A stretch of DNA of 64,000 bases from a bacterium (GTDB lineage Bacteria > Patescibacteriota > Dojkabacteria > SC72): positions 351,942 through 415,941 of the forward strand of contig JAJTYH010000003.1 in NCBI GenBank assembly GCA_021463465.1. The letters are read 5' to 3'. Below the pieces are notes generated by a model that saw only the letters and a program-made list of their open reading frames with translations, was not told where the DNA came from and did not search any database. How positions within the stretch are numbered: the stretch's first letter is position 1; each line of letters opens with the position of its first letter. The position numbers and the translations under genes are program-made. Of the stretch, positions 37,070 to 46,989 are shown one piece after another.

Positions 37070-38332
37070 ATGAATCAACATACCAAAAAAATTAAAAATA
37101 GTTCGATAATATTTATCTTACTTATAACCATAGGCGTTTTTGTTACATTAGGAAGCCTAAGTGGTAATTACGGCTATTTAACTAATGTTCAAAAAACATT
37201 TAGCTCAACTACTTTGAGCCTACTACATCGTCTATTACCTTTTTTAAATAAACAGGCAAATGACCCTAGTATTTTAGAGCCTATTGCTTCAACGCCAGAA
37301 GTGAAATGTAGTAGCAAAAAGCCTATCTTAGGACTAAATGAATCCAAAGACTCAACTTTAAAACGACTTGGAGAGCTCCAGCAAATTTGTGAATCGTTCG
37401 CGACAGACACACAGATGATATTTACAAATATGCCCAATAGTGAAATTAATGCGAGTCGACTTGGGTTAGCCGTTGCAACTAAACTCAAAGAGTTTAGTAA
37501 GTTTGGTGTCCGGCCCCTGGTAATAGTCGAACCAGTGACCGAATGGGGGCCAATTGATTTTGAAGAGTTTAATAGTGGATTTTATAATAAATGGATAGAG
37601 TCATTCTTTGTTAAGCTTAAGAATGAAGGGGTTGGTCAGGGCGATATGGGTATATGGGTACCTTTTCCTGAAGCTAACCTCCCTTATTGGAATAGAGGGT
37701 CATCAAAACCAGAGTTGTTTGGAGAGAATGTGATGATATATTTTAAACTCTTAAGAAAGTACTATCCAACTACTGAAAGGTCTATCCTTCTAAATTCAGT
37801 TTCTTATGCTGCGGATGACGAAAATTGGGAGGATGGTCGTTATACTAGTCTTCTTCCGTATGTCAAAACGTTAAAGCCTGGTAGTGTTGATAGTTTCGGT
37901 ATACAGGGATTCCCGTGGAGATCTCCAAAGAGTGAGAAAAATCCCGTCTATATTTATGATCCGCTTGAGTTTATCAACCCTAGTTTAGCTGTAGAGGCGG
38001 CAAAGTTCTTACATGTTAAAAAAATATGGATAAATACTGGAACATTTAGGGCAAAGTTTACAAATGACCCTGGTGAGTTGGTAACTGAGCCTCCAAATTT
38101 GCGTGCGGAGATATTAAATGAGATTCTAAACCAAGCTGACATTTTGAAAAAAGATGGGTTTGATGTTGCAATCAATATCTTTGCTGAAAATAAAACTGAA
38201 ACAAATGAAGCCACTGACTGGTCGTATTGGGGCAAAAAAGTAACGGAAGCAGATAAACATTCGGAGATATTCAAAGATTTTATCAGCAAATTAAGTGAAA
38301 AAGAAATAGGCTTTTGGTTTTTTGATAGATAA
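37070..38332 (+). CDS. Membrane-anchored GH-A clan (GH26-like) glycoside hydrolase-fold protein
   Basis: N-terminal TM; PLVIVEP, WVPFPEAN..YW, VDSFGIQGF, IWINTG pattern. Residue at the expected nucleophile position is N, not E. Confidence 0.55.
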   Translation: MNQHTKKIKNSSIIFILLITIGVFVTLGSLSGNYGYLTNVQKTFSSTTLSLLHRLLPFLNKQANDPSILEPIASTPEVKCSSKKPILGLNESKDSTLKRLGELQQICESFATDTQMIFTNMPNSEINASRLGLAVATKLKEFSKFGVRPLVIVEPVTEWGPIDFEEFNSGFYNKWIESFFVKLKNEGVGQGDMGIWVPFPEANLPYWNRGSSKPELFGENVMIYFKLLRKYYPTTERSILLNSVSYAADDENWEDGRYTSLLPYVKTLKPGSVDSFGIQGFPWRSPKSEKNPVYIYDPLEFINPSLAVEAAKFLHVKKIWINTGTFRAKFTNDPGELVTEPPNLRAEILNEILNQADILKKDGFDVAINIFAENKTETNEATDWSYWGKKVTEADKHSEIFKDFISKLSEKEIGFWFFDR

Positions 38333-38350
38333 CCTTCTACTGCGATTTGA

Positions 38351-38372
38351 ACCTATAATAATTGTTATAGGT
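38351..38372. promoter_or_regulatory. Perfect 8-bp inverted repeat overlapping a TATAAT box upstream of the adhesin
   Basis: ACCTATAA-taattg-TTATAGGT. Confidence 0.4.
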
Positions 38373-38434
38373 CTTTTAGTAGGCCCTTATAAGTATTAAA
38401 ATTCATTAACAATTTAAATTTTAGCAACCGGTCA

Positions 38435-41400
38435 ATGCTAAGAAAGTTATTTAAACTCCCCAAGAGATATTTTTCTCGATTTATTTCTATTTATCTTGCA
38501 CTTTATCTTACAGTAAGTCCTGCATTAGCCTTCGCAACTACGGAAGGGCTTTTGGTGGATGAAGGCGCTCAAAGTACACCTGTAGTAGCGGAAGAAGAGA
38601 CGGTGCAGACTCCTGAGCCCACAGTCGAAGAAGAATCATCAGAAGTTACGCCTGAACCAGAAGTTGAACCTGAGGTTGTACCGGAGCCAAAGGTAGATGA
38701 ACCTGAAAATGATGAGGTTGATGTAGACGTAGTTAAGTCAGCGGATGGCGAACTTGAAGTTGGTGTGATTGAAACTACACAGTGTTTGGAAAACTCTCTC
38801 AACCCTTGTATTGGAACAGATAAGGAAGATTACGCACCGCATGAGGTAGTTACGTTGAGAGGCCATGGTTACTTACCAGAAAGTCGATACCTACTCATTA
38901 TTACTTCAGCTAATCAACCTCCTGTACGTTTTGAAGCTGAAATTATTACAAACAGCATTGGTGGTTTTAATTACAGTTATCAATTGGATGGTAGATATCG
39001 TCCTGATTACGCAGTAGAGGTTAGGAGTTTGCTCGGTGATATTATTGCAACAGATACATTTACTGATAGTCGTACTATCAATTCTGCTACAGTGAACGGC
39101 GTTGCGAGTATAACCGTCGCTCAGGGTACAACAATATTAGGTGGGGTTAACGTTTCTACAAATGGAAGTGGAAATAATGATGATTGGGCAAGTACGGGAT
39201 GGAGAATCTCTACAAGTGCTCCTGGTGGAGTTAGTTGTGATAATTTCGAGCCCGACATTACCGACGATGTAATGGGTGCTACTAAAGCCTTTAATATGAC
39301 AGCTCCTAATACACCAGGTATTTATAATGCATACTTTATTGCTTACAACAACGATAGTTGTAGCGGTGGAGCAAGTGCAGTCTACGTTCTTGAAAATGCT
39401 GTTACAGTGACAGGACCTGATCTTACAATTTCAAAAAGCAATGATGTAGGAGGTGTTGTAAATGTTGGAGGCTCATTTAACTGGATTATTACGGTTAAAA
39501 ATGAAGGGACTTCATCTGCCATCTTTAACAATGAAGATATTTTGTCGGACTCATTACCAAATGATGGGGTATCGTTTGTTGATACAAGTGATTTGGTAGT
39601 AACAACTGCGGGGGGAGTAACTGGTTCTATTGATTGCGATATTAACAGTAGTACACTTGTTTGCGACGATAACAGCGGTGGCTCTACAGTTGTAATTCCT
39701 GCTGGCGGTTCGTTTACTGTTACAGTCGAAGTGATTGCAAATGAAATTAGAACTTTATCTAACCCAAGAAAAGGTGGAAAGTGTGAAGTTGACCCAAATG
39801 AAGAAGTCGCTGAACAAAATGAGCATAATAATAAGTGTAATGACTCAGTGAAAGTTAACCCAGATACTGGAGTTACTAATCCACCGTTAGGACAATTTTG
39901 TGGCTTAGACATTGCTCTTGTTCTTGATAATTCTACAAGTATAAGCTCAGGAGAGTTGACTCAGATGAAAGCTGCAATGACTGCGTTTACATCCGCATTC
40001 AATGGTACACCTACCGAGTTTTCCGTCTCAAGATTCGCCACTACTGCATCGGTCGTTCAATCATTTACTTCCAATATAACTGCAGTTAACGCTGCAATTA
40101 ATGGAATTCCTTCAGGCGGAGGGTATACAAACTGGGAAGATGGTTTATTTAAAGGTCAAAGTACTTTGACAAATAGACCTACATACCCTGATTTGATGAT
40201 TTTTGCTTCCGATGGTAATCCAAATAGGGTTGATAACGGTACAGATGCAAGTGAGTCGCAAGCAGTAAGCGAAGCTAAAATCATTGCAAATAACATAAAA
40301 ACTGCAGGGGTGAGGATACTTGCACTTGGGATAGGTGATGAGCTGGATACACCTAATCTACAGACTATCTCTGGTAATAATGTTAATACTGGTATTAGTT
40401 CTGATGTTATAACTTCGGACTTCGCGACCCTTGCTGCCGATTTAGCTGATTACGCTATTCAACTTTGTGGAGGAACTATTAATGTAAAAAAATTGGTTGA
40501 CGGTAATCCTGCTGCTAACTGGGTATTTACTATTGATGGTGATCAGCATATTACAGGAGCTGATGGCTTTATCCCTTCAGTTGAAGTAGATAATGGTACT
40601 TACAGTGTAGTTGAGACTCCAAAGAATGGATTTACATTCCAATCTGCCGTTTGTACGATCAACAATCAGTCAGTAGGTTCACCGATTACTAATGGCGTAG
40701 GAGCAATCTCAGTAGATTCAAACGATATTGTGACCTGTACATTTAACAATATTACGAACGCATTCTGTGGCGATGGAGTTGTGAACCAGCAGTCCGAGCA
40801 GTGTGACAGTGGAGCTTCCAATGGTATTGCTTGTACTCCAACTTATGCTAACAGCTGTAATTACTGTAGTAACACCTGTCAAACCGTGAATATTCATGGG
40901 CCATACTGTGGTGATGGAATCAAGAATGGTCCTGAGCAGTGTGATGGCTCAGATGGTGTATCTGGGTCTGATTTCGCATGTACACAGAGTTGTGAGTTGG
41001 ATTTGGTTGAAAAGAAAGTAATGATCTGTCATGCGACAAGTAGTAATACTAATCCTTATGTCTCTAATGAACCTGCTAAATCAGCTGATGTAGCGGGTCA
41101 TGATGGCCATAATGGACCAGTTTGGTCTGCAGGAATTGATGGCGATTGGGGAGATATTATACCTCCGTTTAATTATGTAGGAGGTTCATATCCAGGCAAG
41201 AACTGGACAGCTGAGGGTCAAGCGATTTGGAATAATCAATGCGAAATTGAAAAGGGAACTATTGTTGTACAAAAGACCACTGTACCAGCAGGCAATCAAA
41301 CCAACTTTGATGTTTCTATAACTGGGGATGGATATATTTTTGAAAATGATAAAGGTACTGTAAGTGATTCACAGGATCACTCATTTATCGTTGAACCAGG

Positions 41401-44400
41401 AACTTATTCAGTTGAAGAGGATGCGGTTTCAGGCTGGGAAATTACGGGCAATACCTGTGATGATGTTACAGTTGCAAACGGAGAGACTAAGTATTGCCAG
41501 ATTACTAACACTAAAGTAACTGATGTGTCAATCACAAAATCGGACACACCTGATCCAGTATTAACTGGTGGTTTGTTGACTTATATTGTGACGATTGAGA
41601 ATGAAAGTGATACTAATGCAGAGAATGTTGTAGTAACCGATAACCTTCCTGCCGCATTTATGGCCATTTTCTCGGTAATACCAAGTCAGGGTTCATGTTC
41701 AGATACAACCCTTCCTTCTCCTGTGGTTTGTGAACTTGGAACTTTAGCTGCAGATGCCAGTGCCACAATTGAAATTAAAGGCTTAGCTTTTGGCATAGGA
41801 AGTATTGAGAATAATGCTTCAGTTACAACTTCGACTTACGAGATTGATTTGAAAGATAACACTACCGTTGAGGATACGACTATTGTAGATCAACCATCAG
41901 CGTGTGTTGAAGGCCAGAGATGGGCTAGTAGTGTAGTGAGTGCTTCGCAAGGTTTGCAAAAAGATGGATCGACCGTACTTTTGTCCCGCAGTGTACCTGC
42001 GAGTGCGATTGGTTTACCTGATGCTGCCACTAATCCTGATACAGGCTTTTATAGTTTAGGTAAGGGTGGTTCTATCGTGGTGGCGTTCACCTCACCAGTT
42101 GTTAACGGTGAAGGTACAGACATTTCAATTCATGAAGTGACTAATGGAAGAGAGAATTACCCTGAAGAAACCGCAAGTGTAGAGGTCAGTACGGACAATG
42201 GAGGAAGCTGGCACAATGTAGGTAGTGCATCAAGTTTGTCCACTAATGGTGTGACTTTGATTGATATAGCACCTTACACAGGTGTAACGCATGTTAGAGT
42301 GACTGATACTACTAACTTTAACCTCAATCCAAATTCGAATGCTGATGGATTTGATTTGGACGCAGTTGATGTCGACTGTAAGGCTTCTATAACCGTGATT
42401 AAAGATGTTGATATCAATGGTGATGGACAAGTTGATAAGACTAATTCTACTGATTGGGCTTGGGATATCAATGGAAGTGGTAATTATGAGACTGGAAGCA
42501 AAGTAGATGTCCAACCTGGATCATATGTGATTTCTGAAAGCCAGAAGCCTTCATACCATGTAGTTTCCTTAGTTTGTGGTCAGACTAACTACGGTGCAGT
42601 TGAGAGTCAGCAGATAAGCGTCTCGGAAGGTGAAGAACTTACTTGTACTTTTACTAACAGTGTCGATACTGGTTCTGTGAAAGTTAACAAGAGAGTTGAT
42701 CTAAATGGTGATGGAGTGTGGGGAGGTGGAAATGAGAATAGTAAGGCATATATCAGCTCCCTTGGATTTAGCTGGACTTTAGATGCAGTTGGTTCAATTA
42801 ACTTCGGCGATACCGTTACTCCTGTAATCACAGGTGCTCATCAAGTGAATGAGAATAGTCTCGAAGGCTACCACTTTGTTGCATGGTATGTAACGGGTGA
42901 AGAGGGACGTTCATGCACAAATCCTAATGGAACAACCGTACCTGTTGATATTAATGTCGTGAAGAACTCAACAGCTGAAATCACTTTGTGTAATGCAAGG
43001 GATATGGGTCAAATTACTATTGTTAAGGATTCAGTTAACAATGATGGAAAAGACTTTAACTTTTCAACTAGTACTTTGGGGTCATTTATATTAGATGATG
43101 ATGGTAATAATGGAAATCAGCACTCAAATACCAAAGTGTTCAATGTACCTTCGGGAGCATATTGGGTACGTGAGAATAGTGCCTCGGGCTGGAAACTGAC
43201 TGATTTGGTTTGTATCGGAGATGACAATTCTGTTGTTGATATCGAAAATCGAAGAGCTGATTTAGACCTAGATTTGAATGAAAATATTACCTGTACCTTT
43301 ACCAATACTAAGTTAGCAGAGATCAAGGGAACGAAGTTCAACGATCGAAACGGTGATAATCACCAAAGCTTACTCTCAGGAGAGACTTGGATGAACGGCT
43401 GGAAGATTTTTATTGATGAAAATCACAATAGCAGTTATGACACTGGAGAACTTACAGATACAACCAGTGGTTGGTTCTTTATGGATTTAGGAAAGTATGA
43501 TTTCGAGGGTTTGTTACCGGGAACTTATACGGTTTGTGAACAAATGCAAGAAGGTTGGTATGCCTCAGGTCCAGTCTGTCGTGAGATATTACTTGAGCCA
43601 GGTGATAGGAAAGAGGTGAATTTCGGTAATCACCAATCGCTAAGAATTATCGCTTCAAAGATTGTCTGTAACAGTGAAGATGACTTACCTAACTGGGGAA
43701 GTGGAGCAGGTAATATCAATTCAAATACTGCAACCAATTTCGTTGCGAATAACCCAGATTGTCAGTTAGTTTCTGACTGGCAGTTCCAGTGGGGATATGA
43801 TGGTGAAGTAGATAAGTACGGTAATGGAGACCAGTTAGGTTTGGCTCCGGAACCATGGCAGATTCTTGGATCGACGGATGCTAGTGGTGTAGCTGACATT
43901 GAGATTATGACAACTCCTGAAGGAAAAGGACTTAGTAACTTGTGGGTACGTGAGAGTTTAATGCCAGGGTATGTGGCATTCAGTTATCCACCAGCACAAC
44001 CTGAAGAAAATCCATACTCGGCTGAAATGTATTGTCACAAAGATGTCCTTTATTATGACAATTTTGATCGAATTGAAGAGGTAAAGTTTGGTGAGACCTA
44101 TTACTGTGTAGCCTTCAATGCTCTAAAGACTGGTGATATCACCGTTACTAAAGAGGTTGTAGATCCAGATGGTAATCCAGTTGAAGATACATCTACTCTC
44201 TTTACAGTGAATCTTAATGAAAGCAATCCACAACAGCTTACTGATGGTCAGTCAGTGGTTTACGGTGACTTGCCAATCGGTACATATACCGTGACTGAGG
44301 ATCCATCCGGAAACTATACTTTTGATAGTTTCGAAGGGGATGAAAATAGCGAAATAGAAGGAGCGCAGGTTACGGTTACTGAGGAAGGTAATACTAATGT

Positions 44401-46369
44401 GAAGGTAATCAATAAGCAGATTAAGGGTAAAGTCATTGTGCACAAAGATGTAGTAGATGCTAACTTTGACTCCGAAGCTACTAGCGACGATCTTTTTGAA
44501 GTAGTACTTGGTGGTGAAGGGTTAGAAGGCGCAGTGAAGTTTATTTCTGATGCACAGAGTGAACCAGTGGTTGCCGAATATGAGCTTAATCCCGGTGAAT
44601 ATAGCTTTACTGAGAATAATCTTCCCGGTTATAACTTCTTGGGTTGTTACATTGAAGAAGTTGAAGCAAGACAAGTTGGAATCGAAGAAAATGTCGCGAT
44701 TTATGATACGCAGGTCGAAGTAGAACTTGGTAGCAATCAAACCAAGGAATATACCTGCGTCAACCAGGCAGTGGGGGCACAGTTGCAACTGGAAAAAACT
44801 AACAATGTCCTTGGAGTTGATCAAATTGCAGGTAATGTTGTTCAGTATACTTTGACAGTAACTGCACCAACTGATGACGAAGTTCCAGAGGATGTGGTAT
44901 TAACAGGATTAAGTGATAACCCTTATGTCTTAGAAGATGTGAAGGTGGTAGATTTGACTCCAGAGGGTTTCACCTACGTTAACGGTACCTGGACAGCAAG
45001 TTCCGATATTAGAGGTGATATCAAAGCTTCAAATGTAACTACAGAGCCTACTTACGCTTCACCTGGTACATGGAACTTAGGTGATATGGTGGAAGGTGAG
45101 GTAGTAACACTTACGTACCTTGCTACGATTTCTAACGCTCAAGATGCAGGTTTATACAAAGACTTAGCATGGACTCAAGGAACTAATGTATTGGGAAATA
45201 GCATTTATGGCACTGCAGCCTTCGGCCTCTTTGCTGGTACACAAGTTAATGTGATTGATGATTTGGAAGAGGGTCAAGCTGAGGTGCTTGGTGTGTCATT
45301 GCCAAACACAGGTGCTAATATAATCTGGGCAATATTTGCTTTGGCTTCCTTCTCATTGGGTGTAATCCTAGTTGGATATGGACTTGGTAAGAAGAGTCGC
45401 AAGATTTCCATCTTGGTGGCCGTCTTGATACTGTTGGGATTGGTTGGATTTTCACGACCTGAAGATGTATACGCGGCTTCTAGCCTTGCCGTACGAATCG
45501 AACAGCCAGAAGCTTTGTCAAATGACAATACAATTAAGGTAGGGTTTGTAGCACTTGATTTAGAAGGTAGGGATGTGAGCGTACAATGTCTTAAGAAAGG
45601 ACCTGGAGACGGTAGTTTCGTAGACTTTGGGACAACTATCAACTTAGGAAGTGGTGGAAATAGCGGTGATTGTAACGTAGGCAGCGCTATACTAAATGCA
45701 GATGGTACTTACGAATTCAAAGTTGAGGCCACAGCAGAAGAGGAAGTAATTGAGTCAGAAGCAGCGTCAATGACATTGGACACAGTAGGTCCTGATATGA
45801 TTACTGGGTATGAGAAGAGTAAGAATGCTTGTGAATATACTTTGAACTTAACAACAGCAAGTGACGGACAGACCTCAGCAGTACAGATTTTCAGATCGAC
45901 TGAGCGAACCTTTGTAGCTAACAGTTCAACACTTGTGGTTGAGCTTCCTGCCACACCTGGCCAGGTAATTGAATATGTTGATAATGTATCTAATTGTAAT
46001 CTTGAGTATTTCTATGCCATTAGAGCTTTGGATAATGCTGACAATAGCTCAGACTTTGTAGCTGACTCACTTGTTGAGGTCACTCCAGGAGTTGTCGATG
46101 AAGATAGACAAGAAGGAGAAGATGGAGAAGTTGCTGGTAGTGAGACTGAATCAGACGACGGTGCGGTAAAGGGTGAAGCAGATAACGAAGAGGATGAAAA
46201 TCAAGGAAATACCCCGGGAGAAGAGACCAAAGTGACTTCAACTGGAGGAGACAATAATGTAATGTGGATTGTAGGAATTATTTTAGGCGGAGCAGTTGTA
46301 TGGCTATTGACCCGACTCGGGATTATACAATCAATCTTCCAGTGGATAATGATGAAGCTAAGAAAGTAA
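38435..46369 (+). CDS. 2644-aa surface adhesin: signal peptide, PE-rich linker, DUF11, VWA, Cys-rich repeats, SpaA/SdrD-B-like Ig repeats, internal LPNTG+TM, second ectodomain, C-terminal TM
   Basis: DLTISKS/DVSITKSD (DUF11), LVLDNSTSI and SDGNPN (VWA MIDAS), CGDG..EQCD twice, repeated (V/T)CTF.N, KGTKFNDRNGD, LPNTG at 45299-45313. Confidence 0.9.
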   Translation: MLRKLFKLPKRYFSRFISIYLALYLTVSPALAFATTEGLLVDEGAQSTPVVAEEETVQTPEPTVEEESSEVTPEPEVEPEVVPEPKVDEPENDEVDVDVVKSADGELEVGVIETTQCLENSLNPCIGTDKEDYAPHEVVTLRGHGYLPESRYLLIITSANQPPVRFEAEIITNSIGGFNYSYQLDGRYRPDYAVEVRSLLGDIIATDTFTDSRTINSATVNGVASITVAQGTTILGGVNVSTNGSGNNDDWASTGWRISTSAPGGVSCDNFEPDITDDVMGATKAFNMTAPNTPGIYNAYFIAYNNDSCSGGASAVYVLENAVTVTGPDLTISKSNDVGGVVNVGGSFNWIITVKNEGTSSAIFNNEDILSDSLPNDGVSFVDTSDLVVTTAGGVTGSIDCDINSSTLVCDDNSGGSTVVIPAGGSFTVTVEVIANEIRTLSNPRKGGKCEVDPNEEVAEQNEHNNKCNDSVKVNPDTGVTNPPLGQFCGLDIALVLDNSTSISSGELTQMKAAMTAFTSAFNGTPTEFSVSRFATTASVVQSFTSNITAVNAAINGIPSGGGYTNWEDGLFKGQSTLTNRPTYPDLMIFASDGNPNRVDNGTDASESQAVSEAKIIANNIKTAGVRILALGIGDELDTPNLQTISGNNVNTGISSDVITSDFATLAADLADYAIQLCGGTINVKKLVDGNPAANWVFTIDGDQHITGADGFIPSVEVDNGTYSVVETPKNGFTFQSAVCTINNQSVGSPITNGVGAISVDSNDIVTCTFNNITNAFCGDGVVNQQSEQCDSGASNGIACTPTYANSCNYCSNTCQTVNIHGPYCGDGIKNGPEQCDGSDGVSGSDFACTQSCELDLVEKKVMICHATSSNTNPYVSNEPAKSADVAGHDGHNGPVWSAGIDGDWGDIIPPFNYVGGSYPGKNWTAEGQAIWNNQCEIEKGTIVVQKTTVPAGNQTNFDVSITGDGYIFENDKGTVSDSQDHSFIVEPGTYSVEEDAVSGWEITGNTCDDVTVANGETKYCQITNTKVTDVSITKSDTPDPVLTGGLLTYIVTIENESDTNAENVVVTDNLPAAFMAIFSVIPSQGSCSDTTLPSPVVCELGTLAADASATIEIKGLAFGIGSIENNASVTTSTYEIDLKDNTTVEDTTIVDQPSACVEGQRWASSVVSASQGLQKDGSTVLLSRSVPASAIGLPDAATNPDTGFYSLGKGGSIVVAFTSPVVNGEGTDISIHEVTNGRENYPEETASVEVSTDNGGSWHNVGSASSLSTNGVTLIDIAPYTGVTHVRVTDTTNFNLNPNSNADGFDLDAVDVDCKASITVIKDVDINGDGQVDKTNSTDWAWDINGSGNYETGSKVDVQPGSYVISESQKPSYHVVSLVCGQTNYGAVESQQISVSEGEELTCTFTNSVDTGSVKVNKRVDLNGDGVWGGGNENSKAYISSLGFSWTLDAVGSINFGDTVTPVITGAHQVNENSLEGYHFVAWYVTGEEGRSCTNPNGTTVPVDINVVKNSTAEITLCNARDMGQITIVKDSVNNDGKDFNFSTSTLGSFILDDDGNNGNQHSNTKVFNVPSGAYWVRENSASGWKLTDLVCIGDDNSVVDIENRRADLDLDLNENITCTFTNTKLAEIKGTKFNDRNGDNHQSLLSGETWMNGWKIFIDENHNSSYDTGELTDTTSGWFFMDLGKYDFEGLLPGTYTVCEQMQEGWYASGPVCREILLEPGDRKEVNFGNHQSLRIIASKIVCNSEDDLPNWGSGAGNINSNTATNFVANNPDCQLVSDWQFQWGYDGEVDKYGNGDQLGLAPEPWQILGSTDASGVADIEIMTTPEGKGLSNLWVRESLMPGYVAFSYPPAQPEENPYSAEMYCHKDVLYYDNFDRIEEVKFGETYYCVAFNALKTGDITVTKEVVDPDGNPVEDTSTLFTVNLNESNPQQLTDGQSVVYGDLPIGTYTVTEDPSGNYTFDSFEGDENSEIEGAQVTVTEEGNTNVKVINKQIKGKVIVHKDVVDANFDSEATSDDLFEVVLGGEGLEGAVKFISDAQSEPVVAEYELNPGEYSFTENNLPGYNFLGCYIEEVEARQVGIEENVAIYDTQVEVELGSNQTKEYTCVNQAVGAQLQLEKTNNVLGVDQIAGNVVQYTLTVTAPTDDEVPEDVVLTGLSDNPYVLEDVKVVDLTPEGFTYVNGTWTASSDIRGDIKASNVTTEPTYASPGTWNLGDMVEGEVVTLTYLATISNAQDAGLYKDLAWTQGTNVLGNSIYGTAAFGLFAGTQVNVIDDLEEGQAEVLGVSLPNTGANIIWAIFALASFSLGVILVGYGLGKKSRKISILVAVLILLGLVGFSRPEDVYAASSLAVRIEQPEALSNDNTIKVGFVALDLEGRDVSVQCLKKGPGDGSFVDFGTTINLGSGGNSGDCNVGSAILNADGTYEFKVEATAEEEVIESEAASMTLDTVGPDMITGYEKSKNACEYTLNLTTASDGQTSAVQIFRSTERTFVANSSTLVVELPATPGQVIEYVDNVSNCNLEYFYAIRALDNADNSSDFVADSLVEVTPGVVDEDRQEGEDGEVAGSETESDDGAVKGEADNEEDENQGNTPGEETKVTSTGGDNNVMWIVGIILGGAVVWLLTRLGIIQSIFQWIMMKLRK

Positions 46370-46989
46370 TGCCTTGGTCTTTGAAAGCAGGGATTGCTCT
46401 GATAGTTATTGGAGCAGTCCTAGCCTTTCTGAACTTTCACACGATTCTATTTAATGAAGTTAATTATCTGGTGAATCAGCCTCAACCTGATTATGCTGAT
46501 GTCGAAATTAGTGAAAGTGACAATACAGAGGTTAAAGACAATATCGCATTCTTAAGTCCAAACTTTGGAATTGCAATCCCTAAGATTGGAGCTAATGCTA
46601 ATGTAATTTTAGACGTTGACCCTTTTAGTTATAATCAGTACACAGAGGCATTAAAAGGAGGCGTAGCACATGCTAAAGGTACCCCCGTGCCAGGTCAGAG
46701 TGGAAATATTTTTATGTTTGCCCATTCTGCAGTAAATTTTTACGAATCGGGGAAGTATAATGTTAATTTCTATCTGCTACCTAAGCTGATAGAGGGTGAT
46801 AAGATTTATGTCTCTTATCGAAAAAAGATTTATACATACGAGGTTGAAAAGGTAAAGATTGTTAGTCGGACAGATGTACACTATTTATCTAAACTTGAAG
46901 AGTACAACACCTTAACACTTATGACATGCTGGCCAGCTGGTTTGAATATAAACAGGGTTATAGTTATTGCAAAACAACTCAACCTTTAG
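46369..46989 (+). CDS. Sortase
   Basis: IPKIG, GVAH..GT..PG..GN.F.FAHS, LTLMTCWP, R.IV.A; TAATG coupling to the adhesin stop codon. Confidence 0.92.
   Translation: MPWSLKAGIALIVIGAVLAFLNFHTILFNEVNYLVNQPQPDYADVEISESDNTEVKDNIAFLSPNFGIAIPKIGANANVILDVDPFSYNQYTEALKGGVAHAKGTPVPGQSGNIFMFAHSAVNFYESGKYNVNFYLLPKLIEGDKIYVSYRKKIYTYEVEKVKIVSRTDVHYLSKLEEYNTLTLMTCWPAGLNINRVIVIAKQLNL

Noticed and set aside
38569-45954. Multiple minus-strand Ser/Thr-rich ORFs inside the adhesin
   Set aside because: Shadow ORFs produced by the adhesin's codon bias.
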